Source: Clostridiales bacterium (lineage in GTDB: Bacteria; Bacillota; Peptococcia; DRI-13; UBA5745). Taken from it: a DNA stretch of 64,000 bases. Position 1 is the stretch's first letter; each line of letters starts with the position of its first letter. A model generated the notes under the pieces. That model worked only from the letters and a program-made list of their open reading frames with translations. It did no database searches and was not told the origin of the DNA. A program made the translations under genes and the position numbers. The stretch is from assembly GCA_038562165.1 (NCBI GenBank), contig JBCFAO010000001.1, positions 34,527 to 98,526 of the forward strand, in the 5' to 3' direction. This document shows positions 49,871 to 58,373 of this stretch, piece by piece.

Positions 49871-52417
49871 CTATCCTTCCATCCGCTTGATGGGGGCAAT
49901 ATCCGCTTGCAACGTCCTTAACCCTTTGTCCGGAAAAGCCACCACATAGGTCAGACTTTTGCCGGCGCCCTTGGCGCTGACAATGCTGCCGGGGCCCCAG
50001 ACTTTATGGACGATCTTATCGCCGGGTTTGAAGATTTCGCCGGCGCCGGCGCCGGAAGAGGAGCCGCTGCCGGAGGAGCCGCTGCCGCTGCCGTAGTTGC
50101 CGCCGCTGCCGCCAAAACGGCTGCCACCGCTGCTGCCGGCCCCGCCGCCATCGCCGTAACGGCCGCTATTGCCATAGCCGCCTCTGCCGCCGTAGCCTCC
50201 CCGGTCCTTAGAGCCGCCGATACCGCCGTAGCCGCTTTCAAAGGGCTCATCCTCATAGCCGCCACCGCCGAAGGCAAAGCCGCCGTTTTTCGGGGGAAAC
50301 TCTTCTTTTAGATATTCCGGAATTTCCGCCAGAAAGCGGGAAGGCAACTGGTGGGTATAGCTGCCGTATTGGTTGCGCCGGGCTGCCCAGGATAAATACA
50401 GTTTTTCTTTGGCCCTGGTAAGAGCCACGTAGCACAAACGGCGTTCTTCTTCGATTTCACTGTCGGTGATACAACGAAAATGGGGGAAAATTCTTTCCTC
50501 CAACCCCACCACAAATACTTGAGGGAACTCCAGCCCCTTAGCCGTATGCATGGTCATTACCTGGACGACGCCCCGGCGGTCTTCGTCGGCAACCATTTCC
50601 ATGTCGGTGATCAGGGAGATTTCTCCCAAGAACTCTGACAAGGTCCCGCCCACCGTCTTGTCATAGTCCTCCGTCTTATTGATAAATTCCTGAAGGTTGT
50701 CCCAGCGGTCCCGGTTTTCCAGGCTATCCACTTCCTGAAGCATTTGCCGATAACCGCTTTTATGCAATATGCTTCTGGTCAACTGACCTACCTTTTCTTC
50801 GGCTGCCAATTGTCTCAGCTCTACAAAAAGCTTGCGGAATTCTTCTACGGATTTTTCGGCACGGCTGGAAAGGCCCAGTCCCTGACGGTCAAAAAGTGCT
50901 TCGGCCAACCCCTTGCCGCTGGCAATACTATGGCTGATGATTTGGTTGACGGTGGCGTCGCCAATTCCCCGCTTCGGTACATTGATGATCCGCCGCAAGG
51001 CTACCTGGTCGTCGGGATTGGCAATCAGCTTCAAATAAGCCAATATATCTTTAATTTCTTTGCGCTCATAAAAACGCAGGCCGCCGATAATCACATAAGG
51101 AATGCGGAAACTGGCAAACCATTCTTCCAGCACCCGGGACTGGGCATTGGTCCGCAAAAGCACGGCATGATCACCGAAGGTCCCGCCTTTTTCCCTGGTC
51201 ATCTGAACCCGGCTGCAAACAAAGCGGGCCTCATCCTGATCATCGGTAGCCCTGTAGCAATATATTTTATCCCCGGGCTCTTTATCAGTCCACAGCTTTT
51301 TCTGCTTACGCTCCCGGTTATTGGCCACCAAGTGATTGGCCGCCTCCAATATCCTGCCGGCAGAACGATAGTTTTGCTCCAGCTTGATCACCTGAGCGCC
51401 GGGAAAATCCCGTTCAAAATCCAGGATATTGCGGATATCCGCCTGCCGGAAGCTGTAAATGGACTGGTCGTCATCGCCTACCACGCAAATATTGCCGTGG
51501 CCTTGAGCCAGCATTTTCACCAGCCGGTATTGAATATGGTTAGTATCCTGATATTCGTCTACCATTATGTACTGAAATTTTTGCTGATATTTAGTCAGGC
51601 ATTCCGGCCGCTTTTGGAACAGAATCACGGTCTGCAGCAGCAGATCATCAAAATCCATGGCGTTGCTCTTCAGCAGACTCTGCTGGTAACGGGCATAGAC
51701 CAAAGGCTGCATGTGGTCCATGTTGCGGGTAGGCGGCGAGTAGTTGGATGGCGGCAGCTTCATACTGCTTTTTTGCCGGCTGATCCAGTGCAGATATGCT
51801 CTGGGGGGATGCTCCTTATCGTCGAGATTCAGACTTTTTAAAATCTCCCGAATCACTTGTTCCTGATCACCGCTATCATAAATAGAGAAATCCGCCTGAT
51901 AGCCCTCCAGATACTGCCGCTCCCTTTTCAATATCCGCAGGCAGGCGCTATGAAAGGTCATCACCCACATATCGGCCAGAGATTCCCCCAAAAGGGCCTC
52001 TAACCGCTCCCTCATCTCCTGAGCCGCTTTATTGGTAAAGGTAATGGCCAGAATGTTATACATCGGCACGCCCTGCTGGCCGATTAAAGCCAGCAACTGC
52101 CGGGAAAGCAAAGGCTTGTCCCCCTGATTCCTGCCCCCTTCCGCCAGAAAAAGGGCCAGATACTCCAGTTCCGCTTCCCCGGCCCAATCAGGGGGCGGGC
52201 AATCGGGATCATAGTGAGGCCCAAAGGTCAGTAGATGCAATATCCGGTAGACCATAGCCGTAGTCTTGCCGCTGCCGGCTCCGGCCAGGCATAGTACCGG
52301 CCCTTCGCCGGTTTCTACCGCTAATTTTTGACCTACATTCAAACGGGACAAAATCATATTGCGGATTTCGTCCCGTAAAGCTTTATACTGTTCTCGTTCT
52401 GCTTGATTTAATGCCAT
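49871..52417 (-). CDS. pcrA: UvrD/PcrA DNA helicase with an N-terminal insert and a Gly-rich linker
   Basis: AGAGSGKT, TFTNKAA, DEYQDTN, VGDDDQSIY, LEQNYRS, EERRLCYVALTRAK; adjacent to ligA. Confidence 0.95.
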   Translation of the reverse strand: MALNQAEREQYKALRDEIRNMILSRLNVGQKLAVETGEGPVLCLAGAGSGKTTAMVYRILHLLTFGPHYDPDCPPPDWAGEAELEYLALFLAEGGRNQGDKPLLSRQLLALIGQQGVPMYNILAITFTNKAAQEMRERLEALLGESLADMWVMTFHSACLRILKRERQYLEGYQADFSIYDSGDQEQVIREILKSLNLDDKEHPPRAYLHWISRQKSSMKLPPSNYSPPTRNMDHMQPLVYARYQQSLLKSNAMDFDDLLLQTVILFQKRPECLTKYQQKFQYIMVDEYQDTNHIQYRLVKMLAQGHGNICVVGDDDQSIYSFRQADIRNILDFERDFPGAQVIKLEQNYRSAGRILEAANHLVANNRERKQKKLWTDKEPGDKIYCYRATDDQDEARFVCSRVQMTREKGGTFGDHAVLLRTNAQSRVLEEWFASFRIPYVIIGGLRFYERKEIKDILAYLKLIANPDDQVALRRIINVPKRGIGDATVNQIISHSIASGKGLAEALFDRQGLGLSSRAEKSVEEFRKLFVELRQLAAEEKVGQLTRSILHKSGYRQMLQEVDSLENRDRWDNLQEFINKTEDYDKTVGGTLSEFLGEISLITDMEMVADEDRRGVVQVMTMHTAKGLEFPQVFVVGLEERIFPHFRCITDSEIEEERRLCYVALTRAKEKLYLSWAARRNQYGSYTHQLPSRFLAEIPEYLKEEFPPKNGGFAFGGGGYEDEPFESGYGGIGGSKDRGGYGGRGGYGNSGRYGDGGGAGSSGGSRFGGSGGNYGSGSGSSGSGSSSGAGAGEIFKPGDKIVHKVWGPGSIVSAKGAGKSLTYVVAFPDKGLRTLQADIAPIKRMEG

Positions 52418-52440
52418 GGTCTGCCTCCTTGTCTACTACT

Positions 52441-52469
52441 ATTCTAGGTGACAAGGGGCTGTCAGTCAA
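52441..52469 (-). promoter_or_regulatory. Putative sigma-A promoter of pcrA-ligA
   Basis: TTGACT-17-TAGAAT on the minus strand. Confidence 0.6.
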
Positions 52470-52660
52470 GACGTTCAGGCATGCCAAACTGTCCTTAAAT
52501 GAAAATTGTTACAGTCGGAAATATATTAAAAGAAACGTTGGATAACATATAACCTTTTATTTTTAGCCTGAGTTCCCGCAAAATTAAGCCATACACCGAA
52601 AAAAGCCGCCAATGCCAGACTTGTCTTGCCAAGCTTGACTCGGAATTCACTTTTGTCCGG

Positions 52661-52750
52661 TCTGCAGGTTTTGTCCTCTCTGCAGGTTTTGTCCTCTCTG
52701 CAGGTTTTGTCCTCTCTGCAGGTTTTGTCCTCTCTGCAGGTTTTGTCCTC
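52661..52750. repeat. 18-bp tandem repeat, 5 perfect copies (TCTGCAGGTTTTGTCCTC)
   Basis: Units start at 52661, 52679, 52697, 52715 and 52733. Confidence 0.95.
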
Positions 52751-52994
52751 TCTGTGCAAAAATGCAGGTTTGTATCCAGTAAGGGCGCCAGTTGAGCAAA
52801 AATGCAAGTTTGTAGACACCCCTTAGAGTTATGGCGGCTCAAAAAATAAGTAGAAACCTATACCTTGGCTGTATCTAGTGCCCTGGCAGAAATGAATTCA
52901 CTACCAAACTGCAAAAAAGGCTTAAGCTTTCTAACATTTCTTCTGATCGGGCCTCTAGACGAAGACAAACTTGCAATTTTGCACAGAGGGGGAC
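52745..52994. repeat. Dispersed repeat family, locus 3: two direct copies 40 bp apart plus one inverted copy
   Basis: Motifs at 52754 and 52794, inverted at 52965; ~30-bp inverted repeat 52745-52773 / 52965-52994. Confidence 0.85.
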
Positions 52995-53081
52995 CTATAA
53001 TAAGCCAGCCACCCCCTGCCGGTGGGGGGGGTGTACTCATTTCTTTCAATTAGGGATATGCCAATACCTTAAGTAATGGAA

Positions 53082-53105
53082 AAAACCGCCGTTCCCGGCG
53101 GTTTT
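53082..53105 (-). terminator. Intrinsic terminator
   Basis: AAAACCGCCG-TTCC-CGGCGGTTTT. Confidence 0.7.
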
Positions 53106-53218
53106 CGGATCTGCCCTTTCGGAAATTGCCGCTTCACCACAAGCGACAACTCTCTTTTAATAAGGGGCGCCGAGTTACAATTTCTTTGACGCCCGCAGTG
53201 CAGCAACAGCAGCCCGCC

Positions 53219-53527
53219 TCAGTGCCTGTGGCGCAGCCGGTCCGCCGGCGAATAGCTGTCATATTGATCCATATATTCATCAAAGGGATCTGCATCGTAA
53301 TCAAAACGGGTACTGTCTTCATGACGGAGCCGGCGGGAGAACTCCCAGCTCATTTCTATCGGCGGCACGATTTTTTTGGCTAAACCGGCCTGATAAGCCT
53401 TACTATAGCTTTGATCCAACTCTTTTTCCTTTTTCTTGCCCACAAACCAGCGTGCTTTAGACGGAGGCCGGCTTAAACCTGCCGACTGGCTGTTGATCCA
53501 CCGTCGTTTTTTTTCTTCTCCCATCAA
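53219..53527 (-). CDS. Small hypothetical protein
   Basis: AGGAGG RBS upstream; 102-aa ORF with a downstream terminator; no family recognised. Confidence 0.5.
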   Translation of the reverse strand: MMGEEKKRRWINSQSAGLSRPPSKARWFVGKKKEKELDQSYSKAYQAGLAKKIVPPIEMSWEFSRRLRHEDSTRFDYDADPFDEYMDQYDSYSPADRLRHRH

Positions 53528-53630
53528 ACCGTTCCTCCTGTAAAAGATTCACACTTCTAGTATGGGCATCGAAAAACTTTTTATACTAATAAAGGAAAAC
53601 TGTTACCTAAAACAACATCAACATAGGTCG

Positions 53631-53797
53631 GCAAGTTGTATTTGCGTCCGGCCATTTTGTGCAAAATCTCAAGTTTAAAGTGTGTTGTTACTTTAGGATA
53701 GAGGAAGTCTTCTGCCCGTGACACTAAATACGGACAAATAGAGCCAAATACAGCCGGAAGACGGCTTTCAAGCACTTTAAACTTGAAATTTTGCGCA
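53631..53797. repeat. Dispersed repeat family, locus 4: 25-bp inverted repeat (23/25) around a 90-bp core
   Basis: TGTGCAAAATCTCAAGTTTAAAGTG (53658-53682) / CACTTTAAACTTGAAATTTTGCGCA (53773-53797). Confidence 0.85.
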
Positions 53798-53987
53798 TTT
53801 AGCTGACACGCTCAGCCGCTCCGCTTAAACCTTCCTAATCCCTGCCTCTTATAAAAAAAAGATGCCCGGATACCGTCACAAGTATCCGAACATCCTTCTC
53901 TGGGGAATTTTATCGCCGGATTATCCAGAGTTTATCCGGCTGAGATTTTACTTCTCACCTTAGAACTTTTCGAGGCTTTGACCTGCC

Positions 53988-56717
53988 TTACTTCTTGGCA
54001 ACGGCTCTCTTTACGGCTTTGGTGATTTCACCGAAGACCAGAGGCATGATGGCAATCAGCAGCACCACATCCCAATCATGGAGATGGAACTGGGTCAGGT
54101 TGAAGATATCCCGGAAGGTGGGAACAACCATAACCACCAGCAGCAGGCCAAAGGATAAAAGAGTGGCCATGTTCATGTTTCTGTTGCTGAATATGCCTAT
54201 CTTGAAGATGGAGTATTTTTCGGAACGGGCGGAGTAGGCCCGCAGCAATTCACAGGCAATAAGGGTAACGAAAGCATAAGTACGGCCTGTGGCCAAGCCG
54301 ATCTCTGTAAGCATGCCGCCGCCCCGCTGGCAACCCAGCCAGAAGGAGAAGAGCACTGCCGCCGTCATCACCAGAGCCTGGACAGCAATGTTAATCATCA
54401 TACCGGTGTTGATGATGGGTTCCGAAGGATTACGGGGAGGATCCTCCATAAGACCAGGCTCTTTCTTCTCTGTACCCAGAGCCAAAGCCGGGAAGGCGTC
54501 GGTGACCAGGTTAACCCAGAGCAAGTGAATGGGCAGCAGAGGAATAGCCCATTGGAAGATCATGGCCAGGAAAATAATTAGAATCTCGCCGACATTACAG
54601 GACAACAGGAAGAAAACGAATTTACGGATGTTGCTGTAGATAACCCGGCCTTCTTCCACAGCCTCGACAATGCTGGCGAAGTTGTCATCGGTGATGATCA
54701 TGTCCGCCGTTTCTTTCGTCACGTCGGTACCGGTGATGCCCATGGCCACGCCGATATCGGCTCTCTTTAAGGCAGGAGCATCGTTGACGCCGTCGCCGGT
54801 CATGGCGGCAATTTCACCGTTGTTCTTCACAGCCTGGACAATGCGGACTTTATGCTCGGGAGATACCCGGGCAAAAACGCTGACAGTCTTGACGACTTCA
54901 TCCAGTTCTTTATCGCTCATTTGGTTCAGATCGGAGCCGGCCATAACCTGGTCTTCCTTCTCGATAATCCCCAAATCTCTGGCAATAGCGGCAGCGGTAT
55001 CTTTGTAGTCGCCGGTGATCATGATAACCCGGATACCGGCAGTCTTACAAACCTTGATGGCTTCAATAGCCTCCACACGGGGCAAGTCGATCATGCCTAC
55101 CAAGCCGGTGAAAACCAGTTCTTTTTCGTCGGCTTCCGGACTGGGATGGGCGGGTACTTCTGTTACCGGCCTAAATGCCATGGCCAATACACGGAGAGCC
55201 TGGCTGGCCAGATTCTTGTTTTGGGCCAGAATGTCTTCGATATCCTTCTGGGTAATATCTTCGATGCTGCCGTCCCGGCGCAAAATCTTGGTGCAAAGAC
55301 TGATCAAAATATCGGGAGCACCTTTGGTATAAGCCATCAGTGCGCCTTGCTCATTTTTGTGGAAGGTAGTCATCAACTTCCGCTGGGAGTCAAAAGGAAT
55401 CTCCTGCAAGCGAGGCTGCTTCCGGTTCATCAGCTCCTTGGTCATACCGACCTTGGCAGCCGTTACCACCATAGCGCCTTCCGTAGGATCGCCATGGATT
55501 TTCCAAAGGTCATTGCCCTCCTCAGTATCGTGCTCCAGACGGCTGTCATTACAGAGGGACTGGATTTCCAGCAGCCGGTAAATAGCAGGCTCGGCAGCCA
55601 TATCGACTTTATTGCCGTCGATGATCAAATCACCTTCGGGGCAATAGCCTTCGCCGGTTACATTAATTTCAGTGCCGGGAATATACATTTTGACCGTGGT
55701 CATCTGATTCTGGGTCAGGGTACCGGTCTTATCGGAGCAGATAACTGTGGTGCTGCCCAGGGTTTCCACAGCATGGAGCTTCTTCATGATAGCTCTGTGC
55801 TTAACCATCCGCTGCATGCCCAGGGCCAATACGATAGTTACTACTGCCGGCAGGCCTTCAGGAATAGCCGCTACCGCCAGGCTGACTGCCGTCATGAACA
55901 TTTCCAGCATGTCTTCGCCTCTGAGAAGGCCCATAATAAAGACAGCGGCGCTGACAGCCAGACAAGCCGTACCTAAAACCTTACCTAATTGGTTTAGCTT
56001 CTTCTGCAGGGGCGTATCTTCTTCCTCATCCTCCTGGATCATCTCGGCAATCTTACCGATAACCGTATTCATCCCGGTGGAAGTAACTACACCCTGGCCA
56101 CGGCCATAGGTAATCAAGGTGCTCATAAAGCCGCAGTTAATCTGGTCACCTAAACCGATATCGCCTTCCAGCTTAGCGTCGGCATATTTTTCTACCGGCA
56201 CGGATTCACCGGTTAGGGCCGCCTCTTCAACTTTTAAGTTAACGGTTTCCATCAAACGCAAATCAGCAGGAATATAGTCGCCGGTTTCCAGGACAACCAG
56301 ATCGCCGGGGACCAACTGGACTGCAGGTATCACCAAATGCTCGCCGTCCCGGATTACTTTGGCGTTGGGCGCCGACATCTTTTTCAGCGCTTCCAAGGCT
56401 TTGCCGGCCCGGTACTCCTGGGAAACACCCAAACAAGCGTTGACGATAACGATGGCAATAATAACCAGGGAGTCTACTACTTCCCCCACCAGCATAGAAA
56501 CTACGCTGGCAATAATAAGAATAATAACCATGTAGTCCTTGAACTGCTCAAAAAACATCTGCAGCAAGGTAGCCCCTTTCTTTTGGGCCAATTCATTGGG
56601 ACCGTACTTCTCCAGCCGGGCGGAAGCCTCGGCGGCAGTCAAGCCTTTTGACTTGTCCGTTCCCAATTCCTTGCATACAGCGTCCATGTTTAATTGATAC
56701 CATGGATCTTTTTGCAC
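53988..56717 (-). CDS. P2A-type cation-transporting ATPase (YoaB/YloB-like; probable Mn2+/Ca2+ exporter)
   Basis: TGES, IPEGL, DKTGTLT, KGAPD, TGDGVNDAPAL; GTG start at 56717 with GGGGTG RBS. Confidence 0.93.
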   Translation of the reverse strand: MQKDPWYQLNMDAVCKELGTDKSKGLTAAEASARLEKYGPNELAQKKGATLLQMFFEQFKDYMVIILIIASVVSMLVGEVVDSLVIIAIVIVNACLGVSQEYRAGKALEALKKMSAPNAKVIRDGEHLVIPAVQLVPGDLVVLETGDYIPADLRLMETVNLKVEEAALTGESVPVEKYADAKLEGDIGLGDQINCGFMSTLITYGRGQGVVTSTGMNTVIGKIAEMIQEDEEEDTPLQKKLNQLGKVLGTACLAVSAAVFIMGLLRGEDMLEMFMTAVSLAVAAIPEGLPAVVTIVLALGMQRMVKHRAIMKKLHAVETLGSTTVICSDKTGTLTQNQMTTVKMYIPGTEINVTGEGYCPEGDLIIDGNKVDMAAEPAIYRLLEIQSLCNDSRLEHDTEEGNDLWKIHGDPTEGAMVVTAAKVGMTKELMNRKQPRLQEIPFDSQRKLMTTFHKNEQGALMAYTKGAPDILISLCTKILRRDGSIEDITQKDIEDILAQNKNLASQALRVLAMAFRPVTEVPAHPSPEADEKELVFTGLVGMIDLPRVEAIEAIKVCKTAGIRVIMITGDYKDTAAAIARDLGIIEKEDQVMAGSDLNQMSDKELDEVVKTVSVFARVSPEHKVRIVQAVKNNGEIAAMTGDGVNDAPALKRADIGVAMGITGTDVTKETADMIITDDNFASIVEAVEEGRVIYSNIRKFVFFLLSCNVGEILIIFLAMIFQWAIPLLPIHLLWVNLVTDAFPALALGTEKKEPGLMEDPPRNPSEPIINTGMMINIAVQALVMTAAVLFSFWLGCQRGGGMLTEIGLATGRTYAFVTLIACELLRAYSARSEKYSIFKIGIFSNRNMNMATLLSFGLLLVVMVVPTFRDIFNLTQFHLHDWDVVLLIAIMPLVFGEITKAVKRAVAKK

Positions 56718-56884
56718 CAACAACACCCCTTTTCTAGTTTCCTGCTTGTTCCTTTGTTGAACTGTTTTTGCCGGTTTTTCATCAGACGTATTATACAGTA
56801 TCCGCTTTTTTCTTTTTCCGTATTCTGCTAAAGAGAAAATAGACAAAAAAAGACCTTATTTCCATACCATGTTAACCATGAGTT

Positions 56885-56997
56885 TGGAAACAAAGGTCTT
56901 ACTCTCACACAATGTGTTACTGACCGGACTGGATATGCACCAGCCGTAATGACGATCAGTAAATCCGCTTTGCAGCGGCGAGTTACTCCCCTTTAGC
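56885..56997 (-). ncRNA. yybP-ykoY (Mn2+) riboswitch
   Basis: Minus strand AAAGGGGAGTA...CGTCATTACGG...AGACCTTTG; overlapping terminator AAGACCTT...AAGGTCTT-T-tract (~56845-56900); upstream of a P-type ATPase. Confidence 0.88.
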
Positions 56998-57055
56998 AAT
57001 ACCTTAATCTTACCGACTTTTTTACTTTATCATTTATTATCTCTGCCGTCAACTT

Positions 57056-57409
57056 TTAAATGCTGTTTTTTGTCTGTTTTTTACCCGCTTTGGGTTCGTC
57101 CTGCTTTTTTGGGGCTAACTGACGGTCAAGAATCTGGCGATAACCATCGGCGCCATAATAGAGACATTTTTTGACCCGGCTGATCGTAGCGGTGCTGACG
57201 CCGGTTTCTTCAATAATGTCGGAATAAGTGCGGTCTTCCGTCAGCATTCTCACCACCTTCCAACGCTGGGCCATGGCCTTGATTTCGCCGACGGTACAAA
57301 GATCCTCAAAAAACCGATAGCATTCTTCCCGATTCTCTAAAGACAGCACAGCTTCATACAGATCATCCACCATTGGATCCTGCAGTCTGGATGCGTAGGT
57401 CAAGGCCAT
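57056..57409 (-). CDS. YerC/YecD TrpR-related protein
   Basis: ECYRFFEDLCT..E...AQR...STATISRV; start probably MALTY (GGAGGG RBS). Confidence 0.88.
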   Translation of the reverse strand: MALTYASRLQDPMVDDLYEAVLSLENREECYRFFEDLCTVGEIKAMAQRWKVVRMLTEDRTYSDIIEETGVSTATISRVKKCLYYGADGYRQILDRQLAPKKQDEPKAGKKQTKNSI

Positions 57410-57447
57410 CCCTCCTTCAAATGATACAGGGTTCGTTAACATTTCAG

Positions 57448-57648
57448 TCAGCCGGTAAAAGAAGAAGTCAAAATCTCTGCCGCTTCCTGGGCTTCTGATT
57501 CGGCTACCAATACCTCTACGGGGCTTGAAGCTCCCATTTGAGGCGCTCCTAAAGGACGAAGCATCACCAAAATCCCTTCCATCTCCAGCAGCGATTTATA
57601 TTGATCTGCCATTACTTGGTTTTGAGCTATGTATACTACGGTCCACAT
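57448..57648 (-). CDS. DUF2007-like small protein
   Basis: MWTVVYIA...LLEMEGI...VEVLV. Confidence 0.75.
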   Translation of the reverse strand: MWTVVYIAQNQVMADQYKSLLEMEGILVMLRPLGAPQMGASSPVEVLVAESEAQEAAEILTSSFTG

Positions 57649-57680
57649 GCAAAACTCTCCCCTCTTTCCGTCGTCTGCTA

Positions 57681-58184
57681 TCAGAGGCTATTGAGACTTT
57701 CCAGATCATCTGCAAATTTTCTTTTTAACGCTCTTTCCACCCCGGGAGTTACCAAACCGGCTATTCTGGCGTTGGAGCTGGCTACCTGCTTGATCATGGA
57801 AGAGCTGATAAAGGAATACTCGGAACTTGACATCAGAAAAATTGTTTCTATTCCTTCATCTAAATATTTATTAATGGCCGCTACCTGCATCTCATATTCA
57901 TAATCGGAAACGGCCCGCAGACCCCGGATAATGGCATGGGCGCCGATATCTCTGGCCAAATCCACCGTCAGTGAGTCATAGACGGTGATGCTGCAATTGG
58001 GCAGGTGGACGATGGCTTCCTCCATAAAGGCCTGTCTTTCTTCTAAGCTAAACAGGGCACGCTTATAATTCTGATTGGCAATAGCTATCACTACCCGGTC
58101 AAACAGCCGGCAAGCCCTTTCCGCAATATGAATATGGCCGACGGTTACCGGATCAAAGGTGCCCGGATAAACTGCAATTTTCAT
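57681..58184 (-). CDS. coaD: Phosphopantetheine adenylyltransferase
   Basis: YPGTFDPVT.GH, RGLRAVSDYEYE, ISSS. Confidence 0.97.
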   Translation of the reverse strand: MKIAVYPGTFDPVTVGHIHIAERACRLFDRVVIAIANQNYKRALFSLEERQAFMEEAIVHLPNCSITVYDSLTVDLARDIGAHAIIRGLRAVSDYEYEMQVAAINKYLDEGIETIFLMSSSEYSFISSSMIKQVASSNARIAGLVTPGVERALKRKFADDLESLNSL

Positions 58185-58373
58185 TATCTCCCATCCTTTC
58201 CCCTTTTAATTCTGGATTGCACTAAAATATCCTGCCAAAAAAGGTATAAAGTTATAACGCCTCAGTAGAAAATTTTCGATTATAGAAAGATTTTCTTACC
58301 TCTGTGCGTTTTAACAAGGCAGGAGATAGTGATGACTGAAAAAAGCAGCGGCACAGTGAGGGCCCCGGCGCCA

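Noticed and set aside
52495-53053. Short ORFs over repeat loci (ERTKPA repeats, TNLHFC/NLQFC peptides; also 17316-17513, 53581-53775, 62605-62838)
   Set aside because: They are translations of the DNA repeats in different frames, with no RBS or family similarity.
53134-53322. Cys-rich 62-aa ORF (GCCCC), or selenocysteine readthrough of the TGA at 53219
   Set aside because: It overlaps the better-supported 102-aa ORF, has no RBS, and shows no recognisable SECIS or redox motif.
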